A DNA stretch of 20,000 nt from an uncultured virus (IMG/VR IMGVR_UViG_3300042346_000356) (IMGVR_UViG_3300042346_000356); one strand, 5' to 3'. Counted from the stretch's first letter, positions 1 through 8,170 are shown. Numbers and translations: made by a program. Notes: generated from the sequence alone by a model not told the origin.

Positions 1-1
1 A

Positions 2-166
2 GACAATGATCACTTTATAACTGTTCGTGCTTCTGAAAAAGACTTTGTAGTTCTATCACATGATGACAAAATTCAAGCAGTTGAATACATGATTAGGGTA
101 AAAAAGGCTCTTGAAGACAATGGGGCAATAGTAATGCTAGTTAGAGAAGGAGGAAAAGATGTTTGA
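2..166 (+). CDS. 3' part of a hypothetical phage protein (runs off the window start)
   Basis: Open frame DNDHFITVRAS...VMLVREGGKDV* ends at TGA 164-166 and overlaps the next ATG at 159; GGAGG RBS for the next gene lies inside it. Confidence 0.75.
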   Translation, partial: DNDHFITVRASEKDFVVLSHDDKIQAVEYMIRVKKALEDNGAIVMLVREGGKDV

Positions 167-596
167 TTTTATTTTTTTTATATTGTTTATGTCTTTTTTC
201 TTTTTAATTATTGTTGATAATGTAAAAATGAGAATTAATCAAAAGGAGTTGTTGGTAAAACTTGCTCAGGCTGATGCTGATAATGAATTGCTTTTAAATA
301 AAATTAGTATGAATTATGATAAAGATCAGATTGAAAATACAGATGGATTTGTAAAGTTTTTAAATCAGTCTAGGGATTGGGCATTTGACTATATCTACAC
401 AGTTCAAAGCGGAATATATGATTTTACTCAGAAGGTTGGATCAGAGATAGCCTACTTTGATAAATATGGAGATGCTATATGGACCCCATTAACAGATCAT
501 ATGAAAAAAATATCAGAGGCCTATAAGGATCTTGAAAAACTTATACCAGATGATTACTCTAGGGCTATTGAGGATTATGGTAAACTAGATACATGA
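159..596 (+). CDS. Hypothetical protein with N-terminal membrane anchor
   Basis: 145 aa ORF, hydrophobic N-terminus FIFFILFMSFFFLIIV, AGGAGG RBS. Confidence 0.8.
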   Translation: MFDFIFFILFMSFFFLIIVDNVKMRINQKELLVKLAQADADNELLLNKISMNYDKDQIENTDGFVKFLNQSRDWAFDYIYTVQSGIYDFTQKVGSEIAYFDKYGDAIWTPLTDHMKKISEAYKDLEKLIPDDYSRAIEDYGKLDT

Positions 597-757
597 TAAC
601 CTTTAAGTCATATAATGATCTTGCCTTTGATGCATTTTATTCTTGTCATGTATTAGGATGTGAACTTGAAGCAGAAAAATTATATTCAACAGAGACACAA
701 ATAAGAGATGTATGTTTAAATCATTATAAAGAGTTAGCAGAAAAGGAATACAAGTGA
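593..757 (+). CDS. Small putative Zn-binding protein (54 aa)
   Basis: Manual translation MITFKSYNDLAFDAFYSCHVLGCELEAEKLYSTETQIRDVCLNHYKELAEKEYK; ATGA overlap upstream and GTGA overlap downstream; C-x4-C...C-x2-H. Confidence 0.65.
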   Translation: MITFKSYNDLAFDAFYSCHVLGCELEAEKLYSTETQIRDVCLNHYKELAEKEYK

Positions 758-912
758 AAGAAATTATATTATCAGTTATAACAGGTTTTGGATGTGGCAT
801 TATATTTGCTGCATTCAAATTGCCAGTGCCAGCACCACCAGTTTTTGCGGGAGTCGCAGGAATTATTGGTTTATGGCTTGGCTATGATATACTAGTAAGA
901 ATCATATCCTAG
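754..912 (+). CDS. XapX-domain (DUF1427-like) small membrane protein
   Basis: GTG start, MKEIILSVITGFGCGIIFAAFKLPVPAPPVFAGVAGIIGLWLGYDILVRIIS; two hydrophobic helices flanking the LPxPAPP signature; AAGGA RBS. Confidence 0.8.
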   Translation: MKEIILSVITGFGCGIIFAAFKLPVPAPPVFAGVAGIIGLWLGYDILVRIIS

Positions 913-923
913 GAGGAATAAAT

Positions 924-1199
924 ATGAATAAGCAAATCAAAGCAGCACTAGCGTCATACGGAAGATCAGTTCTTGGAGCAGCAACAGCAATGTATGCCTC
1001 TGGAGTAACAGATCCGCAGACACTAGCATACTCACTACTTGGAGCACTTGTCCCCGTCGTATTGAGAGCAGCAAACCCTTCAGATACTGCATTTGGCAAG
1101 ATGCCATCAGTAGAAGAAGTGGATAGAGCAGTAAAGACTGCTAAGGTAGTAAAGAAGTCACCTGCTAAGAAGGCTGCCCCTAAGAAGGCTGCAAAGTAG
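924..1199 (+). CDS. Putative holin-like membrane protein with Lys/Ala-rich tail
   Basis: 91 aa, two hydrophobic segments, basic KKSPAKKAAPKKAAK C-terminus, AGGAGG RBS. Confidence 0.55.
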   Translation: MNKQIKAALASYGRSVLGAATAMYASGVTDPQTLAYSLLGALVPVVLRAANPSDTAFGKMPSVEEVDRAVKTAKVVKKSPAKKAAPKKAAK

Positions 1200-1203
1200 T
1201 TGG

Positions 1204-1231
1204 TAGGGGCATCTGAAATATGGTGCCCCTA
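1204..1231 (+). terminator. Hairpin, putative terminator
   Basis: TAGGGGCATC-TGAAATAT-GGTGCCCCTA directly after the stop at 1199; weak U-tract. Confidence 0.55.
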
Positions 1232-1240
1232 TAATTAATT

Positions 1241-1798
1241 ATGCTATATAACGACAATTTTTTAAATGAAGATGACATTAAAAAACTACAAAAGGTTTTT
1301 TATGAAGACTCTAACTCACTTTTTCCATGGGTTATAGATAATAGTAATTTTAAATCAGGAATTTTTAGACTTACCCATAAAGCAATTGTAGATAAAAAGA
1401 CAGTGAGCCCACTTTCAGACGAATCCAAAAGAATACTTTCTAACTTTTGTTATGAGAAGATGATAAAGTTGGGGGAGATACTTGAATCAGAAGCGCAACT
1501 ACATATCTTTGGATTAAATGGAGTTGACTTATCACTAGAAGAACAATTACCAAAAGAAGATCAGCATCTTTTTATATATTTTGTTAATGAGTCTAGTGCT
1601 AAAATAAAAATAACAAATGATGTCACCAACGCTGAAGAGATCCTGTCTGCTAAATCAGGACGTGCTGCCTTAATTAAAGCAGGAGAGAAAGTGTTTATAT
1701 CTCCTTCAGGACCTAACGAATTTCAGTCAATTCTTTTAGTATTGTTTACTGGCCATGTTCCAGAGTTTGTATTGTCTAACATAGTTATATCAAACTAA
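1241..1798 (+). CDS. Hypothetical protein, possibly a degenerate double-stranded beta-helix/2OG-oxygenase-like fold
   Basis: 185 aa ORF; N-terminal DNFL...FPW and IYFVNES segments resemble phage 2OG-oxygenases but the HxD...H triad is absent; TATAAT 5 nt before the ATG. Confidence 0.6.
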   Translation: MLYNDNFLNEDDIKKLQKVFYEDSNSLFPWVIDNSNFKSGIFRLTHKAIVDKKTVSPLSDESKRILSNFCYEKMIKLGEILESEAQLHIFGLNGVDLSLEEQLPKEDQHLFIYFVNESSAKIKITNDVTNAEEILSAKSGRAALIKAGEKVFISPSGPNEFQSILLVLFTGHVPEFVLSNIVISN

Positions 1799-2488
1799 AT
1801 TATTTTTAATTTCTTCTATTAGGGCTTTGTGCTTTTTATTTAAAATAAATCTATTATAGTTTTCAGCCAAAGGCAAGTTTGGGAATTTATCTTTCATCAT
1901 CACACATTCATGCATAATTTTTTTAATTTGTTCCGTTTCTTTGAATTGTTTTAATATAACCTTTTTGTCAGTAATAAAATTAACATAGGCTAAAGGATCA
2001 TCCTTAGATATCACCAATTCTCTTGAAGAATCCCATAACGAAAATGTTGGAACAATGGGCCTAAACCATTTACTAATATTGAATTCACCACTCAGGACTG
2101 TGGCATATTCTGATGCCTTTGTCTTATGAAAGTATGGTGGGGTTAACTGAATATTAATGTCATCCTCAGAAAAGAATAGCCATCTAGAGTCGTAGTCTAC
2201 TGCAGGACCATCTTCAAATACTGGCATTCTTGGTCTAAATTTTTTAGCATCTCTAGTATTCAATAATTTACCACCACTAAACAATATGTGAAGATTTTCT
2301 GTAGATGGAAGTATAAAAGTATTATTAAACATTTCTTGTGCAGACTTACATTTATAATATGAAGATCCAGGATCAGTATTCTTATTTCTTTCGCTAACAA
2401 CACTATTAAAAAGTGGCAGGATGGGCTTAGACGGTCCTAAAGTGGGTAGGTCAGTATCTATACACCAATATACTGCAGAAGTGTCCAT
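1790..2488 (-). CDS. Conserved-type phage hypothetical protein (beta-rich)
   Basis: Likely start MDTSAVYW at 2488 with an AGGGGGA RBS; the longer ORF call runs through tRNA-Arg. Confidence 0.75.
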   Translation of the reverse strand: MDTSAVYWCIDTDLPTLGPSKPILPLFNSVVSERNKNTDPGSSYYKCKSAQEMFNNTFILPSTENLHILFSGGKLLNTRDAKKFRPRMPVFEDGPAVDYDSRWLFFSEDDINIQLTPPYFHKTKASEYATVLSGEFNISKWFRPIVPTFSLWDSSRELVISKDDPLAYVNFITDKKVILKQFKETEQIKKIMHECVMMKDKFPNLPLAENYNRFILNKKHKALIEEIKNNLV

Positions 2489-2511
2489 AATCCCCCTTAG
2501 AGTCTTTCTAG

Positions 2512-2584
2512 CACCCCTGGCAGGAATTGAACCTGCGACGCTTGGCTTAGAAGTCCAACGTTCTGTCCACTGAACTACAGAGGT
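2512..2584 (-). tRNA. tRNA-Arg(TCT)
   Basis: Cloverleaf ACCTCTG...CAGGGGT, anticodon loop CT-TCT-AA, T-loop GGTTCAATTCC. Confidence 0.93.
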
Positions 2585-2592
2585 ATACGCTA

Positions 2593-2622
2593 AGTATACA
2601 CCCAGGAAGTCTTGTATGTCAA
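2593..2622 (-). promoter_or_regulatory. Sigma-A-type promoter for tRNA-Arg
   Basis: TTGACA-N18-TATACT ending 8 nt upstream of the tRNA. Confidence 0.7.
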
Positions 2623-2641
2623 ACTGTGATATAATTATAAA

Positions 2642-2971
2642 ATGTCTGAAAATCCAATAATGCCAACAAGCACATACCAAGGCTGCGAATGTGAGACCTG
2701 CAAAGAACTTAATGTAGACTGCCCAGACTGCCCTGTATGCTCTCCAAACGCCGATTCAGAGGTTGCTATGGCCATGTATGACTCATCAATTGGGAAGGCT
2801 GATCCGTGCTGGGATGGGTATGTCCAGCGTGGGATGAAGCCAGGAGAAGATGGTAGCCCAGTCCCTAACTGCGTTCCAGTAGAAAAAAATGAATCATTGT
2901 TTAGTGCAATAAAAGAAGATGCAAAAGATTATTCAAAAGATACAAGAATTACTAGTTTATTTAAGGGGTAA
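2642..2971 (+). CDS. Cys-rich hypothetical protein with CWDGY...VPNCVP motif
   Basis: 109 aa; CECETC-x6-CPDCPVC cluster; TATAAT 6 nt before the ATG (leaderless). Confidence 0.75.
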   Translation: MSENPIMPTSTYQGCECETCKELNVDCPDCPVCSPNADSEVAMAMYDSSIGKADPCWDGYVQRGMKPGEDGSPVPNCVPVEKNESLFSAIKEDAKDYSKDTRITSLFKG

Positions 2972-2973
2972 GA

Positions 2974-3105
2974 ATGCCAAAGAAAAAAGCAACAGCGTTT
3001 AATCCAATTCAGATAAAAGATGGATGGATTGTAAGACTATATAAAGATGGTCGTGTTAAGTCTAAGATTGCACCATATGAACCAAAGCACCCTAAGAAGT
3101 CTTAA
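2974..3105 (+). CDS. Small basic protein (43 aa)
   Basis: MPKKKATAFNPIQIKDGWIVRLYKDGRVKSKIAPYEPKHPKKS; AAGGGG RBS. Confidence 0.65.
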   Translation: MPKKKATAFNPIQIKDGWIVRLYKDGRVKSKIAPYEPKHPKKS

Positions 3106-3538
3106 GTAGCAATACCTTATCACTACAAATTCCATAAATATTATTGTAGTTTCTTGTATCAGTTGTTTCTAGATCAACTATAATTGAGTTGGGTCCAACT
3201 TCCATTCCTGGATATGTCCATACCTTGTTATTACTTGTTAATGTAAAATCATCTAATTGATGCCAAAAGTAATTGTATGTTGGAAAATATTTGATGAAAT
3301 GGTTTAAGGCTTCTAGATTTTTACAATGAAACCAGGAGTGACTAGATATCCTATAAAAGTCTTCTGGTGAAAGTAAATGTTTAGGTTCATCGTGTCCAAG
3401 GTATAGTTTGCCATCTATTGCCCAAATATCTACTTCAACATTAAACCCTAGGTTGATAGCACTTGTTAGTTGATCTACCGTGTTTTCTGTTTCTGGGTTT
3501 GGACCAGAGATATTTCCTCTATGCGCTATTAATATCAA
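3092..3538 (-). CDS. GDPD/PI-PLC-like phosphodiesterase-fold protein
   Basis: IAHRGN...EN...VEVDIW...LGHD motifs; TTG start overlapping the upstream TGA. Confidence 0.8.
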   Translation of the reverse strand: MILIAHRGNISGPNPETENTVDQLTSAINLGFNVEVDIWAIDGKLYLGHDEPKHLLSPEDFYRISSHSWFHCKNLEALNHFIKYFPTYNYFWHQLDDFTLTSNNKVWTYPGMEVGPNSIIVDLETTDTRNYNNIYGICSDKVLLLKTS

Positions 3539-4872
3539 TTGTGCTTCTCCAAAAATATTGCAAGGTCCTCTGGAGTTCCAAGTCCCCACATCTCATAAAT
3601 CTTTTCAGATTTAATAATCTTTTCATCTTTAATTGCCTCATTGTAGACTGGACATATATAAAATTCATTATTTGTTTTATTTCCAGATGAAATCATTTGA
3701 TTTGTATATTTAATAAAGTCTGCTCCAGTTTTCCAATAATATATGCCACACGTAGCCTCATCACTAATAGCATTTTTTTCAGCAACAGCCCCAACAAATC
3801 CAAACTTATTTTGTTTTACAAACGACCACTTGCTGTCAGTAGCAGAAAATGTTAGGATTCCCCCATCAATACCACTTCTTATAAATTCTTTTATTGTCCT
3901 CTTACTATTCCATACAACATACTGATCAGAGTTTGCAATAATAAGTGGTGAATCATTATCTATATAATCTTTTGCTAAAAGTGCAGATTTTGCAGCACCA
4001 TCTAATCTGCCGTCTTGTAATATTAAGGTGAAGTCTTTGCACATTAGAGACAGATGACCAGATATATTATGCTTATCTTCGTCTTCTTTTCTTGCAACAA
4101 AGATATAGTGAGCATCTATACCTATATTATCTATGACTAATTCAATCATACTTTTATCGTTTACATTTATTAATGGTTTGGGCATATGATAACCAACCGA
4201 TCTAAATCTAGATCCTTCGCCTGCCATTGGAATCAACACATTTGGCTTTTGTTTTAAACCAGATAATTCATTTTGTATTTTTGTTAAGGTTAGGTCTGAT
4301 CTATTTTTTATTGTTACTAGACGTGCACCAGAAAGTATTGCTGCCGTTCTTCCAGTGTAACTATCTTCAAATATTGTTGTTGAATGCTTGCTTGCTTCAA
4401 GTTTATCTATGCACACATTATACATATCTGGGCTCGGCTTTGGATTGACTACATCCTCATTGCTTATATAGAAGTCAATTATATCAATAACTCCAAGAGA
4501 TGTTAGACAGGCCTTAAGGGTTTTATTAATACTATTACTTGCCACTGCCAACTTTATGTTATTATTTTTGATTGTAGTAAATATCTGAATAAGTTCTTCA
4601 TCTTTTTTTAGCATCTCAAAAAAAGATATAGACTTTTCTTGCTTAGACTTCCAAATTTGATCGTAATAGTGCTCTGGTAATCCACGTGTATCTGTAAGTA
4701 TTTTTAATTTCTGATTTGTTGTTAATCCCTCAAAGGTATTCTTTTGATCATCCTCATTGATAGTATATTTAGGGTCAACCTGCTCTAAGGCTTGGTTTAA
4801 AGATAGGTGGTGTATTTCTTTACTATCCACCAAAACACCGTCTAAATCAAAAACAAAAAGTTTATTGCTCAC
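3535..4872 (-). CDS. HAD phosphatase / sugar-nucleotidyltransferase fusion
   Basis: N-terminal FDLDGVLVD, KPSP and FEDS HAD motifs; C-terminal IPMAGEGSRF...PKPLI, ANSDQ and GLGTPEDL NTP-transferase motifs. Confidence 0.9.
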   Translation of the reverse strand: MSNKLFVFDLDGVLVDSKEIHHLSLNQALEQVDPKYTINEDDQKNTFEGLTTNQKLKILTDTRGLPEHYYDQIWKSKQEKSISFFEMLKKDEELIQIFTTIKNNNIKLAVASNSINKTLKACLTSLGVIDIIDFYISNEDVVNPKPSPDMYNVCIDKLEASKHSTTIFEDSYTGRTAAILSGARLVTIKNRSDLTLTKIQNELSGLKQKPNVLIPMAGEGSRFRSVGYHMPKPLINVNDKSMIELVIDNIGIDAHYIFVARKEDEDKHNISGHLSLMCKDFTLILQDGRLDGAAKSALLAKDYIDNDSPLIIANSDQYVVWNSKRTIKEFIRSGIDGGILTFSATDSKWSFVKQNKFGFVGAVAEKNAISDEATCGIYYWKTGADFIKYTNQMISSGNKTNNEFYICPVYNEAIKDEKIIKSEKIYEMWGLGTPEDLAIFLEKHN

Positions 4873-4912
4873 AAAATCTCTTTCCTAGTCTATACTATTA
4901 TACACCAGATAG

Positions 4913-4986
4913 TAGAGCAGGTAGGACTTGAACCTACGATAACCGAATTATGAGTTCGGGGCCTTAACCAACTTGGCTACTGCTCC
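4913..4986 (-). tRNA. tRNA with CAT anticodon (elongator Met or Ile2)
   Basis: GGAGCAG...CTGCTCT acceptor stem, CCGAA-CTCATAA-TTCGG anticodon arm, GGTTCAAGTCC T-loop. Confidence 0.9.
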
Positions 4987-4996
4987 TTATACAGTA

Positions 4997-5025
4997 AGTA
5001 TACTGTCGCTAGCGGCTATTGTCAA
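4997..5025 (-). promoter_or_regulatory. Sigma-A-type promoter for the CAT tRNA
   Basis: TTGACA-N17-TATACT. Confidence 0.75.
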
Positions 5026-5640
5026 CTATTGTTTGTTATATCTATCAATAACCTTATTATAAAGTGATTCTGAAATAGAAAGATATTCTTTTATTTCTTT
5101 CAACTCTAAAATTTTTTGAACATTTTCAACACCCTTATCTGATTTGTCTCTTGGGTATCTTCTTTTATCAGTAGTTAGACTATTTAATATTTCAGAAAGA
5201 GGATTATCAAAAAAGTTATTATTTTTTATTTTTGTTTTTTGAATTTCTGATAAATTATTGTCTATTGCAAGTTTTATAAAAATATCTTTTGTCTTTGTTG
5301 TAAAGTCTTCAAATGACAATATGTAAAAATTTTCATTATCTAATATGTCATTAAAGTAACCTATCTGTCTATCAATTAGTTGTTTAGCAACAAAAGTTAG
5401 ATCCTCTTCGTGTCCATACTCATTCTCATTTATTCCAAAAAGCAACGAAGACGTTAGTGTCTTTTTTGGATCCCTAGCAGTTACAAATACCTTGTAGTCT
5501 TTATAGTTTATATCTGTTCCAATTGTAGAGTCCTTGCTTTTATTGTGTGTAGTTATTACATCATTAAATATATGATTAAGGCAGTGTGATACAAAATGGG
5601 TTCCAGTTCTTTCTAAAGTGTAAACAAGTATTGGCTTCAT
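5026..5640 (-). CDS. Sulfotransferase-like P-loop protein
   Basis: YTLERTGTHFV (5'-PSB-like), VTARDP...S (3'-PB-like), LSFEDF. Confidence 0.6.
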   Translation of the reverse strand: MKPILVYTLERTGTHFVSHCLNHIFNDVITTHNKSKDSTIGTDINYKDYKVFVTARDPKKTLTSSLLFGINENEYGHEEDLTFVAKQLIDRQIGYFNDILDNENFYILSFEDFTTKTKDIFIKLAIDNNLSEIQKTKIKNNNFFDNPLSEILNSLTTDKRRYPRDKSDKGVENVQKILELKEIKEYLSISESLYNKVIDRYNKQ

Positions 5641-5648
5641 CTGATTGT

Positions 5649-6119
5649 CTACTGCCCCTTAGTTAATCTAATTACTTTGTCTCTAGAGATATCGCTTGTC
5701 TTGCTAAGTTCTCCATTTAAATACATATTTTTTACATCGTCAGATGTTACAGTCCAATACTCAACAACAGGAAATGTTGTAATATCAGCAAGGAAATACC
5801 CATCAACCAGATCCAACTTATCAATGAAACCTTTTTCATCAAAACTTCTACCGCTACCTTTCATATTGCTGGGGCAAAAATAAACTCCCTGTTTAGTAAC
5901 TGATCTAACTTCCCATATCCTACCGCTGTGATCCTTAAAGTCATATGGAGCGCCTTCAGATTCTGGCAGGGTTCCAAAAGCAACTTCATTGCAAAGTCTG
6001 CGTTCAATTAAGAATGATATGCGCCTTCCATCAGTAAAATACTTTATTGTATCTTCTTCAGATATGCCCATTGCTGTTGAAAGTAGTTTAACATCCCAAA
6101 TAAGAACGCCTTTATACAT
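5649..6119 (-). CDS. Putative PD-(D/E)xK-fold nuclease-like protein
   Basis: 156 aa; E...PYD-x8-WEVRS pattern resembling PD-(D/E)xK with R in place of K. Confidence 0.45.
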   Translation of the reverse strand: MYKGVLIWDVKLLSTAMGISEEDTIKYFTDGRRISFLIERRLCNEVAFGTLPESEGAPYDFKDHSGRIWEVRSVTKQGVYFCPSNMKGSGRSFDEKGFIDKLDLVDGYFLADITTFPVVEYWTVTSDDVKNMYLNGELSKTSDISRDKVIRLTKGQ

Positions 6120-6280
6120 TATTTGGCCAACAAACCGATTAGAAGGCCAATGAGAAAAGATCCAATACCAATTACCCAGTGATATGATTGTTTTAGATAA
6201 TCTCTAATAATTCTAAGTTGAATATCTTCTGGAACATCAATCTCATACTTAGAATCAACATCGATAGTGTATATACGCAT
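6119..6280 (-). CDS. Small protein with C-terminal membrane helix (53 aa)
   Basis: MRIYTIDVDSKYEIDVPEDIQLRIIRDYLKQSYHWVIGIGSFLIGLLIGLLAK; TAATG overlaps at both ends; AAGGAG RBS. Confidence 0.7.
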   Translation of the reverse strand: MRIYTIDVDSKYEIDVPEDIQLRIIRDYLKQSYHWVIGIGSFLIGLLIGLLAK

Positions 6281-6384
6281 TAGTGCTCCTTTTTAATATG
6301 ACGATTAAGGGTTTCCATTGCAAATATTCCCCATCTAACTTCTATACCACGCTTACATTTTGGACAAGTAACTTCTCTACTCAC
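6280..6384 (-). CDS. C2H2-type zinc-finger micro-protein (34 aa)
   Basis: GTG start, MSREVTCPKCKRGIEVRWGIFAMETLNRHIKKEH. Confidence 0.6.
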   Translation of the reverse strand: MSREVTCPKCKRGIEVRWGIFAMETLNRHIKKEH

Positions 6385-6469
6385 CCTGATCAACTCCGTA
6401 TGTCATTTGAATGTAGCATACTGCCCATCCCGCAAGAAAAGCGGGAATTAAAAATAGTGCGTGAATCAT
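6377..6469 (-). CDS. Single-helix membrane micro-protein (30 aa)
   Basis: MIHALFLIPAFLAGWAVCYIQMTYGVDQGE; AGGAGG RBS; promoter upstream. Confidence 0.6.
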   Translation of the reverse strand: MIHALFLIPAFLAGWAVCYIQMTYGVDQGE

Positions 6470-6496
6470 GTTATCCTCCTAAATGGTTATATATAA

Positions 6497-6525
6497 AGTA
6501 TACTCCTACTTACTTAAAAAGTCAA
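6497..6525 (-). promoter_or_regulatory. Sigma-A-type promoter
   Basis: TTGACT-N17-TATACT. Confidence 0.7.
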
Positions 6526-6528
6526 ATT

Positions 6529-6642
6529 GAGCAGTTTATAGACGACTGCTCAGGTCTATTAGCCACGAAGGTTCGACTCCTGCCAACTCTCCACTCGAAG
6601 GAGCATCCGTTGTAAAACCTTTTAAAGTCTCATAGCGGAATG
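6529..6642 (-). ncRNA. Candidate small RNA 1 ending in a pseudoknot motif
   Basis: TAGTATAAT upstream, no ORF, long hairpin CATTCCG...CGGATG, CTCC-TTCGAGT-GGAG hairpin, terminal TAGAC-CT-GAGCA-GTC-GTCTA-TAAAC-TGCTC. Confidence 0.55.
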
Positions 6643-6667
6643 CTATATATTATACTATAGTTTTAAT

Positions 6668-6733
6668 GAGCAGTTTTTTACAGTCATGCTCAGGACCATA
6701 CCAGTTATTTATTGTCGCTGTCTCCCCCGACAA
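6668..6733 (-). ncRNA. Candidate small RNA 2 ending in a pseudoknot motif
   Basis: TAGTATAAT overlapping the hsp20 stop, ATTGTCG-GGGGAGACAG-CGACAAT hairpin, terminal GTC-CT-GAGCA-T-GAC-TGTAAAAAAC-TGCTC. Confidence 0.5.
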
Positions 6734-6743
6734 TTAGATTATA

Positions 6744-7148
6744 CTATAGAATTTCTATAGTCTTGGGTAGTTTGTCTTCTGGGATCTGCTTTTCAAGTCT
6801 GATATCTAGGATACCGTCCTTGAATTCAGCCCCAACAACTTCTACAAACTCAGGAAGGGTGAAGATATCTGTGAACTTGCGAGCAGCAATTCCCTTGTGT
6901 AGATACTCTGCGCCCTCTGGCAATTCAGCATCCTGCTTCTCGCCCTTGATTGTAAGTTTGCGATTGTCTAGCGATACTGAAACATCATCCTTAGAGAACC
7001 CAGCCAAAGCAAATGAAAGAATATACTCTGTATCATTTAGTTTGATTTGGTTATAAGGTGGATAGTTTGTTGTTGTTGTTACCTTCTGTAGATTTGAGAA
7101 GGTGTTAAAAAATGGATCATTAAAAAGATCCAGTGCTGTTTTTACCAT
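6744..7148 (-). CDS. hsp20: Small heat-shock protein (Hsp20/IbpA family)
   Basis: NYPPYN, ALAGF, YLHKGIAARKF and FKDGILDIRL alpha-crystallin motifs. Confidence 0.95.
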   Translation of the reverse strand: MVKTALDLFNDPFFNTFSNLQKVTTTTNYPPYNQIKLNDTEYILSFALAGFSKDDVSVSLDNRKLTIKGEKQDAELPEGAEYLHKGIAARKFTDIFTLPEFVEVVGAEFKDGILDIRLEKQIPEDKLPKTIEIL

Positions 7149-7149
7149 A

Positions 7150-7200
7150 TTATTCCCCTTTCAAGCGAATAAGTTAATTTACCCCCCATTTGGGCAGGTA
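7150..7200 (-). promoter_or_regulatory. ROSE-like RNA thermometer in the hsp20 5' UTR
   Basis: Two hairpins; the 3' hairpin TTATTCGCTT-GAAA-GGGGAATAA pairs a UCGCU motif (bulged G) against the SD. Confidence 0.6.
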
Positions 7201-7234
7201 TAAATATTATAGCACAGTATGCTACAATTGTAAA

Positions 7235-8170
7235 ATGAGTATAGAGTTTTATCTGGGAGTTGACAAATTTTTAGTTCAAAACAAGCCAAACGCCACAAAT
7301 ATTATCAATAAAGACCCATATAATATATATATAAACTTTTGGAGAGGTGGATACTCCAAACCTATCATTGAGTCTGTAACTTCATCAATGCCAAATCTCT
7401 ACATATATGATCATTTAACTATTATAAGTGAAACGGACTCTGGAGTTGAAGAAGTAGTTAAGGTTGATACAAAGAATCCAACCCTCTTGTCTGTTTATAA
7501 TTCAAATTATTTGCATTTTTTATATGAAACTATAGGAAGAGTATTGTATTTAAGATATTTGGGCTTAGACTTTTATACAAAGATATTGGTCCAGGGATAT
7601 CTAGATAATTTAATATTTTCAAAGTCAAACTGGGAAGAGTTTGGAATTTTACAAGATGATATATTATATACAACTCAATTTAAAGAATTAAGTTTGTCTA
7701 AATCAATTAACACATCTAGCAAAAGCCTCATACATTTAGAAAGTTACTCAATAACATCTAAACTTTTAAGAGAAACCCTTAGATTGAGTGGTAGCCCAAT
7801 TAAAGACATATACGTTTCTAGAAAAAATGCAATTAGCGATAAAAGGTTTATTAAGGATGAGGAGTTGATAGAAGAATACTTTATTGGCCTTGGATATGAG
7901 ATTGTGTATAATGAAGAACTAACATTTGATCAGCAGAGAAGTATTTATAAAGACGCAAGAACAATTGTTGGTATTTCAGGAACAGGTTTAGTTAATATAT
8001 TGTTCGCCCCAGATGAATGTAAACTGATTGAGTTAAGAACAAGTGATTTTAGAAACGATGATGTATTTAAGTATATATGTAAATTTTTAGATAATGAATA
8101 CGAGTTAGTTGAGTGCTTTGACAGTAACAACAGTGCAGCGCCAGTTATTAATAAACTTACTTCTTTATAA
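7235..8170 (+). CDS. Glycosyltransferase family 61 (DUF563-like)
   Basis: NYLHFLYE, IYVSRKNA...R, EELTFDQQ, GISGTGLVNILF and LIEL motifs; TACAAT 6 nt before ATG 7235. Confidence 0.85.
   Translation: MSIEFYLGVDKFLVQNKPNATNIINKDPYNIYINFWRGGYSKPIIESVTSSMPNLYIYDHLTIISETDSGVEEVVKVDTKNPTLLSVYNSNYLHFLYETIGRVLYLRYLGLDFYTKILVQGYLDNLIFSKSNWEEFGILQDDILYTTQFKELSLSKSINTSSKSLIHLESYSITSKLLRETLRLSGSPIKDIYVSRKNAISDKRFIKDEELIEEYFIGLGYEIVYNEELTFDQQRSIYKDARTIVGISGTGLVNILFAPDECKLIELRTSDFRNDDVFKYICKFLDNEYELVECFDSNNSAAPVINKLTSL

Noticed and set aside
603..1099. Minus-strand ORFs 603..818 and 902..1099
   Set aside because: Antisense to well-supported, coupled plus-strand genes
2489..2680. N-terminal extension of ORF 1790..2680
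   Set aside because: Runs through tRNA-Arg and its promoter; an RBS supports the start at 2488
6567..6595. Plus-strand GGTTCGACTCC...CCA resembling a tRNA/tmRNA 3' end
   Set aside because: The T-stem has a mismatch, no matching 5' acceptor strand was found, and the promoter and pseudoknot point to the minus strand
6283..7056. Plus-strand ORFs 6283..6615 and 6712..7056
   Set aside because: Shadows of minus-strand micro-ORFs, sRNA candidates and hsp20
7149..7234. CIRCE or HAIR heat-shock operator upstream of hsp20
   Set aside because: Neither TTAGCACTC-N9-GAGTGCTAA nor CTTGAGT-N7-ACTCAAG is present
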